Source: the human T2T-CHM13v2.0 reference genome, Homo sapiens. From it: a stretch of 64,000 nucleotides of DNA. The DNA is taken from NCBI RefSeq assembly GCF_009914755.1, contig NC_060929.1. The stretch is one strand, 5' to 3'. The position numbers were made by a program, and so were the translations under genes. The notes under the pieces are model-generated. The model made no database searches. It was not told the origin of the DNA and was given only the letters and a program-made list of their open reading frames with translations. This document shows, one piece after another, positions 13,407 through 29,118 of the stretch (position 1 is its first letter; each line of letters opens with the position of its first letter).

Positions 13407-13853
13407 TAGAGAAATAATAAGATTTATATAAGGAATTGACTCACATGATTATGGAGGCTGAGAAGTCTTGTAATCTACCATCTGCAAGCTAGAGTCCTAG
13501 GAAAGCTGATGGTGGTGTTCAAAGGTCTGAGAGCTGGAGAATGAATGATTTATATTCCAGTCTGAGTCTAAAGGCCTGAGAATCAGAAGCACCGAGGGCA
13601 GGAGAAGACCAGCGTGTTAGCTCAGACATGCAGAGATTTCAGCCTTCTTTCACCTTTTTCTTCTATTCAAGCCTTCAATGGATTGATTGGATGGCACCTA
13701 TCCACACTGGGGAGAGCCATCTGTTTTGCCTAGTCTCCCAATTCAAATGCTAATGTCTTCCAAAAATATACTCACAGACACACCCAGAAAATGTTTAACC
13801 AGGTGTGTGGGCATCCTGTGGCCCAGTCAAATTGACACATAAAATTAACCATC
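13312..13853 (-). mobile_element. MLT2A/B-like ERVL LTR
   Basis: gttagtcaggattctc...ggaattgactcacatgattatggaggctgagaagtc...tgacacataaaattaaccatca. Confidence 0.85.
13351..13406. repeat. (GATA)14 tetranucleotide STR within the MLT2 LTR
   Basis: Uninterrupted run counted directly. Confidence 0.97.
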
Positions 13854-13964
13854 ATATTTGAGAATTAGAGTGATTAAAAGGTGGGCAGCAGAGGCAATTA
13901 AGGGTGTTATTGTAAGCCATCTACCCAAATAAATTCTAAATCTCATTAGATGGAAGATGGAGTG

Positions 13965-14283
13965 TGTATTAGTCTGTTCTCACGCTGCTAATAAAGACAT
14001 ACCTCAGACTGGGTAATTTATAAAGGAAAGAGTTTTAACTGACTCACAGTTCCACACGGATGAGGAGGCCTCACAATCATGGCAGAAGGAGAACGAGGAG
14101 CAAAGTCACATCTTGCATGCCAGCAGGCAAAAGAGCTTGTGCAGGGAACTCCCATTTATAAAACCATCAGATCTTGTGATTCACTACCACGAGAATAGTA
14201 TGGGGGAAACTGGCCCCATCCTTGACACGTGGTGATTATTACAGTTGGTGAGATTTGGGTGGGGACACAGCCAAACCATATCA
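13965..14283 (-). mobile_element. THE1B-like solo LTR
   Basis: tgtattagtctgttctcacgctgctaataaagacatacc...gacacagccaaaccatatca; 5-bp TSD gagtg/gagag. Confidence 0.9.
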
Positions 14284-15747
14284 GAGAGGGGGATAGTTAA
14301 TATACTGCCTGCTTCATATTGTGATTGGTCTTTGATCTAGGGGCCCAGATTTTGTGGAATTAAGGACAGTAGAAGCTGGTATTGACTGTTCCTGTTTTAA
14401 GAAAGGCTTCTGAAGAAATAGCTGTAAAAATGCTAATAAATCATTCTGTTATATAAATATACATATCTAATGTATATTTGTTTTTATACTTTAAAAAATA
14501 CTAAAAGCTTTTGGCCATGATGGAGTAATAAGGACTGGATTTACCGTCTCACCTTAAACAGTTAGAAAACCAGACAAATATGTAAAAAAATTGTTAGTAT
14601 ATCTAATGTATGCTACATTAGATAACAGGTAGTACAGAACTGTAATCCACAAGCGATGAATCCTATAATTATCCCCATTTATTGCCTGAGGAGACCACAA
14701 CATAGGTAGGGCCTGGCATTCTCACTGATTTTAAAGTGCATGAAGGCCAATGTGGTTAGAATTTGTGGGGCAAAGTAAAGAAGAGAAAGAGCTGCAAAGA
14801 GAGGTCTGCACAGGACTTTCCTCAGATCTTTAGTGGAGTATTGATCTGAGTAAGCATGTTTGTAAGGAAGCTACCCAAGGCCAATGAGTGAACCAACAGG
14901 AAGGAATAGGCATAGGAATTACCAGAATTCATGCATATCTAGGAGTAATTTATGTTCATAACGGTCCAAATGGGAAGACCTCCTCATACATGGGGCATTG
15001 GGCAGACCTTCCAAAGATATGATTTTAGTGGCAATCACAAATTAGCTCTAAACTAAAGGCTATTTTGATCCAAACCAGACAAATCTTAAAAGCAAGCTTC
15101 AAAATTATCAAAGCTAATTCAAAGTTACTTAACTACATCCCAAAACAAAGCTCAACAAGAGTTAATGAAAAACAGCAAAACACAACACTCAACAACCTGA
15201 AATTCAAAATATCTGTTATCCAATCAAAACTAGCAGGCATGCAAAAAGCAGGACAATATGATTGTCAGCTAAGAAAAAATCAATCACAAATATGTTAGAA
15301 TCAACAAGCAAAAATAATAAAACATCTATTATAAATATATTTCTTATGTTCAAGAAGGTAGAAGAAAACATTGAAAGTAATGAGAAGAGAAATTAAAGAT
15401 AGAAGATATAGATAAGACATCTAGAGGTGATTATGTAATACCTAAAATGAAAACTATATTGGATGAAATTAACAGCAAATTAGATCATTGGACTTAAAGA
15501 CATTGGAATAGAAACTATCCTCAGAGAGAAAAAAGACTGAAGAAAAAATGAATGCAGAAGCAATGACTTTTGGAACCATTATCAGGCAGTCTAATAAACA
15601 TATACTGAAGTCACAGAAGGAAGGGCAGGGCAAAATGGAAAAAAAATTAATGAAATATTTCCTCAAGCTTAATGAAAACAATAAATCCACAGATATAAGA
15701 AGCTCAGCAAACTTCAAGTGAAGAAAAATGAAACAAAACAAAAACGC

Positions 15748-16190
15748 TATAGTAGGCAGATTAATGGTCCCCCTAGATGTCCATGTCCTAATTCTTGGAA
15801 CCTGTGAATGTTACCTTATAACACTTTGCAAATGAGATTAATGTAAAGATTTTGTTATGGGGAGATTAACCTGAATTATATGGGCAGGCCCAATGTAATC
15901 ACAAGAGTTCTTATAATAAGGTGGCAAGAGAGAATCGGAGAAGATGTGGCAATGGAAGTGGAGGTTGGAGTAAGCAAGGAGTAAGCCATGAATCAAAGAA
16001 TACAGGCAGCCTCTAGAAGCTGAAAAAGACAAGGTACAGAGCCTCCCGTAGAGCCTCCAGAAGGAAGGTAGCCCTGCCAACACCTTGAGTTTAACTCTTC
16101 AGGGCATATTTTTGGGCATTTCATATCTAGAACCATAAGATAAACTAAGTTCATAGTAATTTGTTACCACAGCAATAGCAAATTAATACA
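15748..16190 (+). mobile_element. MLT1D-like LTR inserted in L1M ORF1
   Basis: agtaggcagattaatggtcccc...gcagcctctagaagctgaaaaagacaagg...aattaataca; TSD aacgc/aacac. Confidence 0.85.
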
Positions 16191-16261
16191 AACACCAAAG
16201 GACATCATAGTCAAATTGATGAAAATAAGTGATAAAGAGAAAATCTTAAAAGCTGCCAGAC

Positions 16262-16480
<219 letters not shown>

Positions 16481-16984
16481 CTAGAAAACAAGAAGGGAGT
16501 GAGAGTGATATACATTATGCATAAAGAAAAAAATCCATTTTTACCACCACTGTCTTCAGGTTGTAGTTCACTCACTATGCCCTCAATATGTCCTATAGCT
16601 TCCATTTTTACACAGCTTAGAATGTCATCATTTTATAAGTAATAATAGCTCCATTTTTTAAATGAGCTCCTGATAGAATCCAGGCTTTTTGAATATACTG
16701 GTATTTCTGACATCCCCCCACCTCCACCAACTAATCAGTGAGGTTTTGAACCCAGACACAGGGTTAATAAATGGAAGAGGCAGGGTTCAAATCCAGATCC
16801 TCCTAAGAGGATGTACTCATTTCACTGTTGGCATTTTTTTTTCTTTTGCCTTAGAGGGAATGCACATGTCCTTCAAAGCCCTACTGTCTCATCTTATCAT
16901 CCTGTCAGTGAAATGTCTTCCTCAACGATCCTATACATAATAATTTCTTCCTCCTAAAAATCTTTATTGTCATTGGGGAGCATG

Positions 16985-17213
16985 TTTGTCTTTTAAAATG
17001 TCCTCCCTCCCCCATGAACCATACTCATGGTATTCAAACCCTTGAGTAGCCCTCATCTGGGCTAACCCTGTAACTCACTTAAACTAATAGAATTTAATGG
17101 AAATGAAACTGTGTAACTTCCAAAGCTAGGTAATTAAAAAAAACTAGTTTCTTTCTGGGTCTCTAAAAGCACTTACTCTTAGAACGCTTGCTCTGGGGAA
17201 AGCCAGCCATCAG

Positions 17214-17254
<41 letters not shown>

Positions 17255-17380
17255 AGACTACCCTGAGACTGCCATGTCATGAGGAAGCCCAAGCTAGCCA
17301 CACGAGAGGGGCATGTGGAAAAAGACGGATACCTGACCTGCCCCTAGCAATTGCAGCCATTCCCAATCCCAACTGAGGCA
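16985..17380 (+). mobile_element. MLT1F/G-like LTR fragment containing (TAAA)n
   Basis: ctaatagaat...acttccaaagctagg...ctaccctgagactgccatg...gaagcccaagctagcc. Confidence 0.65.
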
Positions 17381-17712
17381 GAAGAAAATTACATCAGATG
17401 GAAACTTGGATCTAGACAGATAAATGAGCAGCACCAGAAATGGTGAATCAGTACATAAATAAAAAATAATTATATTTTTCTCGTTAAAAAAATCTTTTAA
17501 AAGAGATCATTGCTTAAGTAAAAATAGCAGGTTATTTATTGTAGAGTTTATAACGTGTAGAAGTAAAATTATGGCAATATGACAACAACAGCACAAAGTA
17601 GGAGAGGAAGAAAATGGAAGTATACTGTAGCATAGTTCTTAAAATATAAAGTGGTAAAATATTTTTTAAAGGTATACCGTGATAACTTCAAGATGTGTAT
17701 TGTAAACCCTAG

Positions 17713-17880
17713 AGAAGGAGTTGGCAAACTACAGCCTGCCAGCCAAATTTGGCCTGCCCATTGTTTTGTAAATAAAGTTTTACTGGAACACAGCCAAGCT
17801 CATTTGTTTTCATATTTGCAGGACCCACAGAGCTAAAATATTTACTATCTGGCCCTTTACAGAAAAATTTGCCATCCCTG
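17713..17880. mobile_element. MER58A-like hAT MITE
   Basis: ggagttggcaaactacagcc...aaatatttactatctggccctttacagaaaaatttgcc...cctg. Confidence 0.85.
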
Positions 17881-18049
17881 CCTTAGAACAACCACTAAAA
17901 ATATCAATGAAACAGAGAAGTATAGGTAGTAAGTCAATACTGGAGAAAAATGGAAACATTAAGCTCAATTAATCCAAAGGAAAAGAGAAGAAGCAGAAAA
18001 AAGTAACACTTATGCTCCCTGCTGCATCCCATGCAATTGAGTGTCCACC

Positions 18050-18900
18050 TGAGCCCTCTTCCCTTGTCTTCTATGACTCAACCTTAATTTCCTTCTCCCC
18101 ACCTGGCCGCTCTTTCTCTGTCTCCTTCCCAGATCCCCCTTCCCCTGCCTCTCTCTTAAATGCTGGCACTCTCTCTACCTCACTAGCTTGCCTGTCACTT
18201 GCTGCTTGCATCCTCCTCTCCAGACAAACAGAACATCTACAGTTCTTTCATGCTCTTTCATGCATCTGAGTCTTGGCCCATGATATTCCCTCTACTTGGA
18301 CCTCCTCACTCCTTCCATCCCCCAGTCCCTACCCTTGCTACTGCCCTGCCCCTTGCTAACTCTGGTTAACTCCAGCTCAAATTTAAGATTCAACTTAGAC
18401 ATGATCTCATTCACCATAAGCCTTCCCTCACTCCATCCTACTCACGCCCAAGATTCTTTCTACTATTAAAGCACTTACTCCATTGAATTATAATCATTTA
18501 TTTGTTTTTCTTCTCCATGAGACCTAAGAAGCTTGAGATCAGGAATAATATCTTATTTGGCTTTTTTTTTGGTATCCCCAATACAGAGCTATACCAAATA
18601 GATGGTTAGTAAATATCTGTTAAGTAAATAAATGAAAGGTTAAATAAATATCTACTTACACAATGAAGATATTATAATTTTACAATGTAATAATAGGAGC
18701 TAACATTTATTAAAGCATATTTATATGCCTAGCACTATCCAATGTGCTTGACATGTATTAATTTATTTAATATTTATAGCAACCCTATTAGGTAGGTAGG
18801 TATTATTTATTATCCTTATTAACTGGAAGGTTAAGCAAGTTTTTCAAAGTGGTAAAGAAATAATCAAGATTCAAACCTAGGCATTCTGATGCAGAGCCTA
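18050..18900. mobile_element. L2 3' fragments followed by a MIR
   Basis: Pyrimidine-rich L2 body ending aaatatctgttaagtaaataaatgaa; then the MIR core aataataggagctaacatttattaaagc. Confidence 0.6.
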
Positions 18901-20761
18901 AGATCTAGAATCTCAGCAGAAAGAAACTTAGAGATTATGTATTCTAACCCCTTCGCTCCACAGATGAGGAAGCTGAGTTTCACAGAGCTGATGTGTCTTG
19001 ACCCTCAAAAGGACAGCTGAACATTCAGAAGCACTTACAATTTTTTTGTCTTATTTAACTTGTAAACTAAGTATCTCCAACTATAAACACCTCCAGAAAA
19101 TAGCACTGTGTGATTATAATTGGATTATAGGGCAGCACACACAGAAGGCTTCTCCAGCAGCTACTGGGATGTGCAGAACTTTATAATGTATTGAAATCCT
19201 TGGAAGAGAGAAGGATGTTGCCAAAGGTAGAAGAAGGTTAATTCAGAGAGAATGTCTGGGTTAAAGCATAACAACAAAAATACACTAAAAATGGAAACTG
19301 AAGAAAGATAATAGAGGGCAGAAATGCAATAACTTTGTTATCTATAAATAAGCAGTCATAACTGACATTATATGAATCTCATTTGTGCTTGTGTTTGTGA
19401 AATGTAGCACAATGAAAACGCAATATGCTGGACTTATTTTTCCATTAATATAGGTACAGCCTGATAAGAAATTAAGTCCTGCATTCCTACTCATTCCAGA
19501 ACAGTTAGTTTTTGGTTTTATTTTTTTAGCTTTGGAAATAAATAAGATAGACTTTGAAGTTGGCTATTTTTACCACCCCCTAAGTAGGATTTAAAACTTT
19601 TACATCAAATTTGAGGAATGGTTATATTTTATTCTTTCTAGTGGAGTGTTTTTTTTTTAATCTCAAATATTTAGTTCTCTCTGTAAGCATATGCTAAAGG
19701 CAAAAAAAAATTCTGTGTAATAATTCTGATGGTGAGACAGGTGATATCAGTTGCAAAGGGCAAGTAGAATATATTCTACATTCCCAGTGTCCTAACATAA
19801 ACACACTATTAACATAAATTGCTTCTTCTCAAGCTCACATGGAAAAAAAAAAAGTTGTCACTGAGACCCAAGAAATCAGTGCAGACAAAGAGGACAGGCA
19901 GAGAATTTCTCAAGAATAACCTGATAATCTTGGGGTGCAAAGTCTGGCAGTTTTAGATTAAGTTTTTGGTTAATGAACTTTCAGTAAAAAAAAATTCTGC
20001 AAATTCCCAAAGGATCATCCACCTAGATGGGTTCAAATACTGAATGCTAAATTAGAACTGTGGCTTTGACTTTGATTATGATGGAAATGGATGTAGTATT
20101 TTATTATTCATTCTTAATTTATTATTCAGTCTAATTATCCTTTGAGGCACTTTTCTAGATTAAAGAAAATATCCATGGTGACAACTATCTGTTAAATAAA
20201 AATTACATCCTAGAGCACATTAAGATCTTTTGTTCACGTTTATAAGAAGGTTAAAAAAATTCTATAGCATGAATATATAGTTCCCATCTGTGAGTGTAGT
20301 TTTCAGCTTTCCAAACTGGTCTTTTTAGTCCTTTAAAACTCACCTCTGGATTAAATATCAATCTTTCTCCTTAAGGAGATAAATTGTGGGTGTTTTCTTT
20401 TTATGAGGCAATAACTATAATCTCTACTAAATAAACTTAGGGGCTGTGGTATTTATAGGAAATAAACTCAAGGCTAAAAAGCTAAAGGCTTTTTTAGCTT
20501 AGGATATAATTTTAATAGAGTATTTCCAGGAGTACACCCTCAGGTTAACTCAGTTATAGTGAACTGGCATTCTCGCTACTTTTCCATTTTCTTCAAGATC
20601 CTCTTTACAAACTCTCCATGTTTCTGGAAGATGGTTCTAAAAATTCTGTGACAAGTTGCTCATTTTCCCATAAAGAATTAAAAAAAAAAGTCAATCTAAA
20701 ATCTCTGTTGAACTCATTAACTATGAAGTCATAACACAGCACTCAGAAATTAAAAAGAAGG

Positions 20762-21445
<684 letters not shown>

Positions 21446-22344
21446 TTAGAATCAATTAGAACATATAGTCACATGATAAGAACACAAATAAACAATTTTA
21501 AAATAGCTCTAAACCTTGTCCTTTGGGGAAATTGTGGTTTGGCTGTTTACTACTTTAGTTTATTTCAGTTCTGAAATCCAGTTTGTTACCTATATAAATA
21601 AAATGGAGTCTTTGCTTGTTTATCACTTTATCACAAAAGTAGAGCTGAACGGATTGTGGAGTATGTTTGGGAAGGCCTGATGCATTAAAAAAAAAAGATT
21701 AGGTCGTAAGGGTGCACACACAATTCATTTTGAAAAGTCATTGGAGTGGCACTTCAAAGAGACAGGGAAGTATCCTATCCTCCAGAACAGCTGCAGGCTT
21801 TCAGATTTGTAGCAGTGGCCCAATTACATGCACACACATAGCTGTGTGTCTCCAGCACGAGGAACAGCAGCAATTATTTATGTGACAATGGTTGGTGATT
21901 CTCCAGAGAAATGCTGGGTTGGCCTGGCTAACATTGCAAATTTTTTTTAATATGTGAATTTTTATCAATTCTGGCATATTCTTAGAAATGGATATCATTT
22001 TAAGTTTTTTCTTTTTTTTTGTAATATTACAAGCATTCCTTAAATTGAGAATTTAAAGGATAAAAACTATTTTATGATACAATTTCACTGAAGCAGAAAT
22101 CTATTTATTTACGAAATAAACTGTTCTAACACAACAAGGAAAAGTTTCTGGTTATTAATTGTTTTAATTAATTTGTATCTTGTTATCAATCATAGTCCCA
22201 CCTATATCCATGGGCCCAACTCATGGGTCATTTGTAATTTCAGGGACCTGTTCTTGTAAACACCAAGTGCTTCCTGAAATGCTTGTACCTCCTGCTCAGC
22301 CCATGTGCGCTACAGGTCAGAAGTGCCAGGGAACAAACATTTTT

Positions 22345-22955
22345 TTAAATTATTGTTTTAATTTTTATTTTACTTTAAGTTCTGGGATACATGTGCAGAA
22401 CGTGCAATTTTGTTACACAGGTATACGTGCACCATGGTAGTTTGCTGCACCTATTGACCCATCATCTAGGTTTCCTCCCCTTGTCCCCCATCCCCTAATA
22501 GGCCCTGTTGTGTGTTGTTCCCCGCGGTGTCCATATGTTCTCATCGTTCAGCTCCCACCTTATGAGTGATAACATGCGGTGTTTGGTTTTCTGTTCCTGT
22601 GTTAGTTTGCTGAGAATGATGGCTTCCAGCTTCATCCATGTCCCTGCAAGGAACGTAATCTCATTCCTTTTATGTGCGTAGTATTCCATAGTGTATATGG
22701 AATTTTCTTTGTCCAGTCTATCATTGATGGGCATTTGGGTTGGTTTCATGTCTTTGCTACTGTAAACAGTACTGCAATAAACATAAGTGTGCGTGTGTCT
22801 TTGTGGTAGAATGACTTACATGCCTTTGGGTATATACCCAATAATGGGATTGCTGGGTCAAATGGTATTTCTGGTTCTAGATCCTTGAAGAATCGCCACA
22901 CTATCTTCCACAATGGTTGAACTAATTTATATTCCCACCAACAGTGTAAAAGTGT
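22345..22955 (-). mobile_element. 5'-truncated L1PA 3' end
   Basis: tactttaagttctgggatacatgtgcagaacg 3'UTR; ORF2 C-terminus GTWMKLEAIILSKLTQEQKTKHRM; degenerate TSD ggaacaaacatttt/ggaatgaacatctt. Confidence 0.93.
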
Positions 22956-22969
22956 GGAATGAACATCTT

Positions 22970-23548
<579 letters not shown>

Positions 23549-24226
23549 TAAATTTAAACCATTGGCAATTTCTTACCTTGTTAGCACTTTTTTCCTCTTT
23601 TTTTTTATATCCAGTTTGGTGGTGAAAATCATGAGTTCTTACATCAAGCAGGCCTAGATTTAAATCCTGGCTTCTCCTGGACTTAGCTGTGTAATTTAGG
23701 GCAAATGACTTAACCTCTCTGAGCTTCAGTCTTCTGCATCAATAAAGTGGGGGTAACGGTAGCACCTATTTTACATTGTTGTGTCTTGTGTTCATTAAAT
23801 TAGATAATACACTTAGTTCAGTGGCTATACATATAAGAAGTACTCAATAAATGTTAGCTGTGATTATCTTGGCTTAATAATGTCTTGTTTTGTTCTAAAA
23901 GATTTGCAATAGGTCTAAGTTCATCTAAAGTAATTAATTAGGTTTCAGATGGGCTCATAGGGAAGGTAAGTGGCCACTCACTGAGAATGATGTGGGAAGA
24001 AAGAGCTGGAAGAATCTTCCTTGCTAGCAGCATACTTACCTACATCCCTGTCATTCACTATCTGAATGGTGAGAAAGACAGATGCTCTTGTCATCGTCAC
24101 CTATCCCTAGGCACAGCATAAGCCACACCGTTTCCATGACACCCTCCCTCTTCCTTTCTCTCGATGATAGATGGCATTTACTCTCCACACTACGCTTTTT
24201 CACACTTAACCATATGTGAGATCTTT

Positions 24227-24635
24227 GTGGTGATTAATTTTATGTGTCAACTTGGCTAGGCTACGGTACCCATATATTTGGTCAAATATTATTCTAGATG
24301 CTTCTATGAAAGTACTTTTGGATGAAATTAATATGTAAATTGGCAGACTTCCAGTAAAGCAGATTATCCTCCATAATGTGGGTCAGCCTCATCCAATCAG
24401 TTGAAAAACCCTTTAGAGAAAAAAGACTGACTTCCCCTGAAGCAGAGGGAATTTTACCAGCAGAATGTCTTCTGACTCCAATTGCAACTCTTCTCTGGGT
24501 GTCCAGTCTGCCAGCCTACCCTCCAGATTTTGGGCTTGCCAGCCTTCAAAACTCCATAATCATGTCAGCCAATTCTTTAAAATCAATCTCTCTCTATCTC
24601 TCCCTCTCTGTCTATATATATATATATATATATCT

Positions 24636-24670
<35 letters not shown>

Positions 24671-24732
24671 CACACATAAACACACATACGCGCACACATA
24701 TTCTATTTCTCTGTTGAGCCCTGACTAATACA
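24227..24732 (+). mobile_element. MLT2D-like LTR with a compound (TC)(TA)(CA) microsatellite
   Basis: tgtggtgattaattttatgtgtcaacttggctaggg...ccctgactaataca. Confidence 0.87.
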
Positions 24733-25201
24733 TTCTTCATACATTTTTCATACACATTCAAAATTACTGTTTTAGGAATTTTTAGATACTGTTCTGTCTT
24801 GTACTCTAATTGTAATTTAAATTTTTGATATGTATTTATCTATTCTTTCTAAAGTGATTTTAAATTATTTTAAGGTGTAAGGAAGACTGTAACTTGTATT
24901 ATTTTCTTAGTATAATAGAAATAATCTTTAGATGGCATTGAAGAACATATTTGCTAGTATTTAATATTATTTTGTTAAAAATTAATTTGAATTTAATAAA
25001 ACAAATATTTAAGATAATATTACACAGTAGCATAGAAATTATTTTTTCTTCAGATCTTTTGATGAAAGTAAACATCTCAGCGTTAGGAAAGCAAATTATG
25101 TCAGCAATTTAAAACTTCATTGTTTATTACTAGGAACATGCAGCCTATAGATATTTATTGCACAAAAAATAAATTAAATAAATTAAAAATCACAACCTTG
25201 C

Positions 25202-25480
<279 letters not shown>

Positions 25481-25641
25481 AAATCACAACCTTAGTTGTC
25501 TGGAATGATAGAGGAGACTTACAGAACCGTAACACAGGGAGGGCTCTTATCAGTGCTCTATCCTCATCACTGCAGGGTATGAATGAGACTCTCAGGCCTA
25601 AAAGGACACGGAGGCCTAAAAGGCAGTGCGGCAATGCTTGA

Positions 25642-25968
<327 letters not shown>

Positions 25969-26619
25969 CTTCAGTGTTCTTTTTAAATCCCTATCATTAA
26001 GCAATTCAGTGTTCTTTATACGTCAGCGTAGCACTTCCCCATAAAGCGGGTGGCACTCAAGGACCTGCCCAAGGCAGCATAGCGCCTCTGCTCTTGTTAC
26101 TATTGTCCATCGTGGAGACCCTACACAGTTCTTTCAGCTGCAGCCACCATTGCCACTAGGGATACCACTGCACTCAACACCCTCGAATGCCTGCCCCAAG
26201 GTTCCTGAAACTCCTATTCCTCTTGATTCGTGGTATCAAACAGCTACTGATTCTGGCTAACTTAGGCTAAAAACAAAACGAATTTATTATTGGAGCTGAG
26301 CTGGTAGGCCTGCTGAAACGAGGCTGAAAAAATGGATAGGGACCAGTAGGGTCAAGCTACAGTCACAATCACATCACAGTAATGGTCTGCTTGGGATGCA
26401 ACCACTAGACACTCACTGCCACCTTGTGAGACTCCGCAATCCTGGGCACTGGCCACCCAGCCTGAGCCATCCTCTGAACCTCACCTCACATAGGGACATC
26501 CAATTCACCAAAACTGGGTCATGTTCACTCTACCTTCAACCCACCTGAGTGCACTGGCTGCTGGGAGAGGGAATATTTGCCTTCAGTTTCAATCAAGGGA
26601 TGCAGGGCCTTCATTGTTT

Positions 26620-26950
<331 letters not shown>

Positions 26951-28599
26951 TAGAACTAGGATTAAAGGTACATATAATTTTCATGGAGCTGAAGGTTGAA
27001 CTGAGTATGTCATGATAGATTGCGAAAGTTACTCTAATTGTTTTAAAACCTTAATATATTCACAACCACAGTTGTAGTTACAACTGTGGATTGTGAGTAT
27101 GATAGGAAAAAATTACATAAAAATTATATTTAAAAATTAAAGTGTAAGTTTTTAAATTTCACAAGGACGTTACAAAGATACTGTTCTGTCTCGTATGGTA
27201 ATTGCTTAAATTTTTCATATGTATTTATTCTTTCTAATATGATTGTAAATTCCTTTAGGGTGTAAGGGAGACTGTAACTTCTATTATTTTCTTAGTCCCC
27301 ACAGACCTACAGTATTCTGTGAGTAGCAGCCAGTTAATGAATGAATGGCTGGCTGGCTGGCTGGCTAGCTGACTAAATGAATATATACGTGCACTATGCG
27401 TTGCTTTTCCAGTAGTAGATTTATTCTAATCTGCAGTCACTTTCCTGCTTGTTATCATAATGAGAACACATTGACGTGAGGTAGAGTCTGTGGCTATAGA
27501 ACATGTTGTGGGTTTTCCTAAGGTTGGGATTCCATCTTTTTTGACTACACCAAATATCTGAGTTCCCTCACCTCAGACAGATTCATGTTTCATGAATTAT
27601 TGCTTAGTCCTGAAAGAAAGAACAAATCCACACTCTAGGAGAATGGCAAGGACAGCCTCTGGAGATAGATGATTGAGATTCAAATCCAGGCTCCTGAAAA
27701 AACAAGCCCTGTGACCTTGAGCACGTTCAACACCTCTCTAAGGATTACTTTCCTTATTTGTACATGGGGATCATAATGGTGCCTGTTCCTCAGAGAGTCA
27801 TCCTGCGGATTAAATGAAGGAACGAAGCTTGGCCTCTGGCAAGCACTCCAAGAACGCTAATTATTGTTACGCCTGCTTTGGGTGGTACAGGTGGTAAGAA
27901 TGGTGCACTACTGAGCTCATAGATGCCGTCCGCTGGTGGCCCAGTTACATTTGCTCTGAACTGTGGGCCACACCCCTTCTTGTTCTGTCCTCACTGCAGG
28001 CCTATTAAACACAGTGAAGCCACAATGGGGCGGAGATTTTGGTAGGAGGCATAAAACTATAAACCTGGCTTTCGTTTAGGTTTTAAGATAGAGGAATAAA
28101 GGTATTTCTAAAACATTTCTGTATGTCACAGAGATAGGAGAGCAAATGGGGATGTGGGGCACCCTTCTGTATGATTTAAAACATTACATGATTAAACATT
28201 TAAAAATTTTTAAATATATCCTTGTGGACATCATTGAGCTACTAATGCCATTTTGTGTTTCAGCTAGTGTGGGGTGAGTTTTTGTTTATTATTTATTATG
28301 TAAAGATGTCTACATCTAACTTATAATGCCACCAGTTTTACTTCATAATAAGTTTATTACTTAATATGTAAAGATGTCTACAAAGTATAACATCACCAAT
28401 TTTACTTCTTAGAATGTATTGTATTATGACACATGCTCAAAGCCATATTTAGACTGATACTTATTGGCATATTGTTTGTAATAGGAAAGTTCTATAATAG
28501 GTCTATGTATCACACACACCCCACTCCCACAGTTGGGGGCCAGTTAAGTCATTTATAGTGCATTGGTACTGTGGGGCACTATGCTTTTGATGGTGAATT

Positions 28600-29118
28600 A
28601 GCACTGAGCATATATTTCTACACCTTTCTATGTTCCTGCCCACAGGAAGAAACAGTTTTCTCAAATTCTCTTGCAGCTAGAGTTCTGGGTGAGAATTTGC
28701 TGCCACCAATGGGAAACATATGTGTGATATTTGGAAGTTGGAAGTAAATGGAGGCCTCCTTTGTATGAGCTGCAAGCTCATTAGTGTTTGCAGCTAGACT
28801 CAGCACTCCAGTGTCTAGTTATCAGCTTTGTCATAACCTAGAGGCATCTCCCTAGATGTAGCAGTCAGTGTCTAGTCACCAGCTTCAGGGGAACTGAGGC
28901 AATTGTGGGGCTCAAGCAGTGGAAGCAGCAGCAATTTGCTGACCTGTGGATCGCAGCAGTGTGCCCTTAAAATCAATATCCAGTAGGAGACCCCTGTCTT
29001 CTGCTTCATGAACCCATCCACAATTTTGTGAGTACCCAATTTCCTGTTTTAAATCCCTTTCTATCTGAAATACCTAGAGTGATTTCTGTTTCCTGTACTA
29101 AATCCTGATGGATACTAA
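28600..29118 (+). mobile_element. LTR33-like ERVL LTR
   Basis: ctcttgcagctagag...tatttggaagttggaagt...taaatccctttct...aaatacctagagtgatttctgtttcct. Confidence 0.65.

Noticed and set aside
20473-20500. Small hairpin gctaaaaagc...gcttttttagc
   Set aside because: Short, imperfect and low-complexity; expected by chance in AT-rich DNA.
25592-25625. Short direct repeat aggcctaaaagg x2
   Set aside because: Only two 12-bp copies; ordinary slippage duplication.
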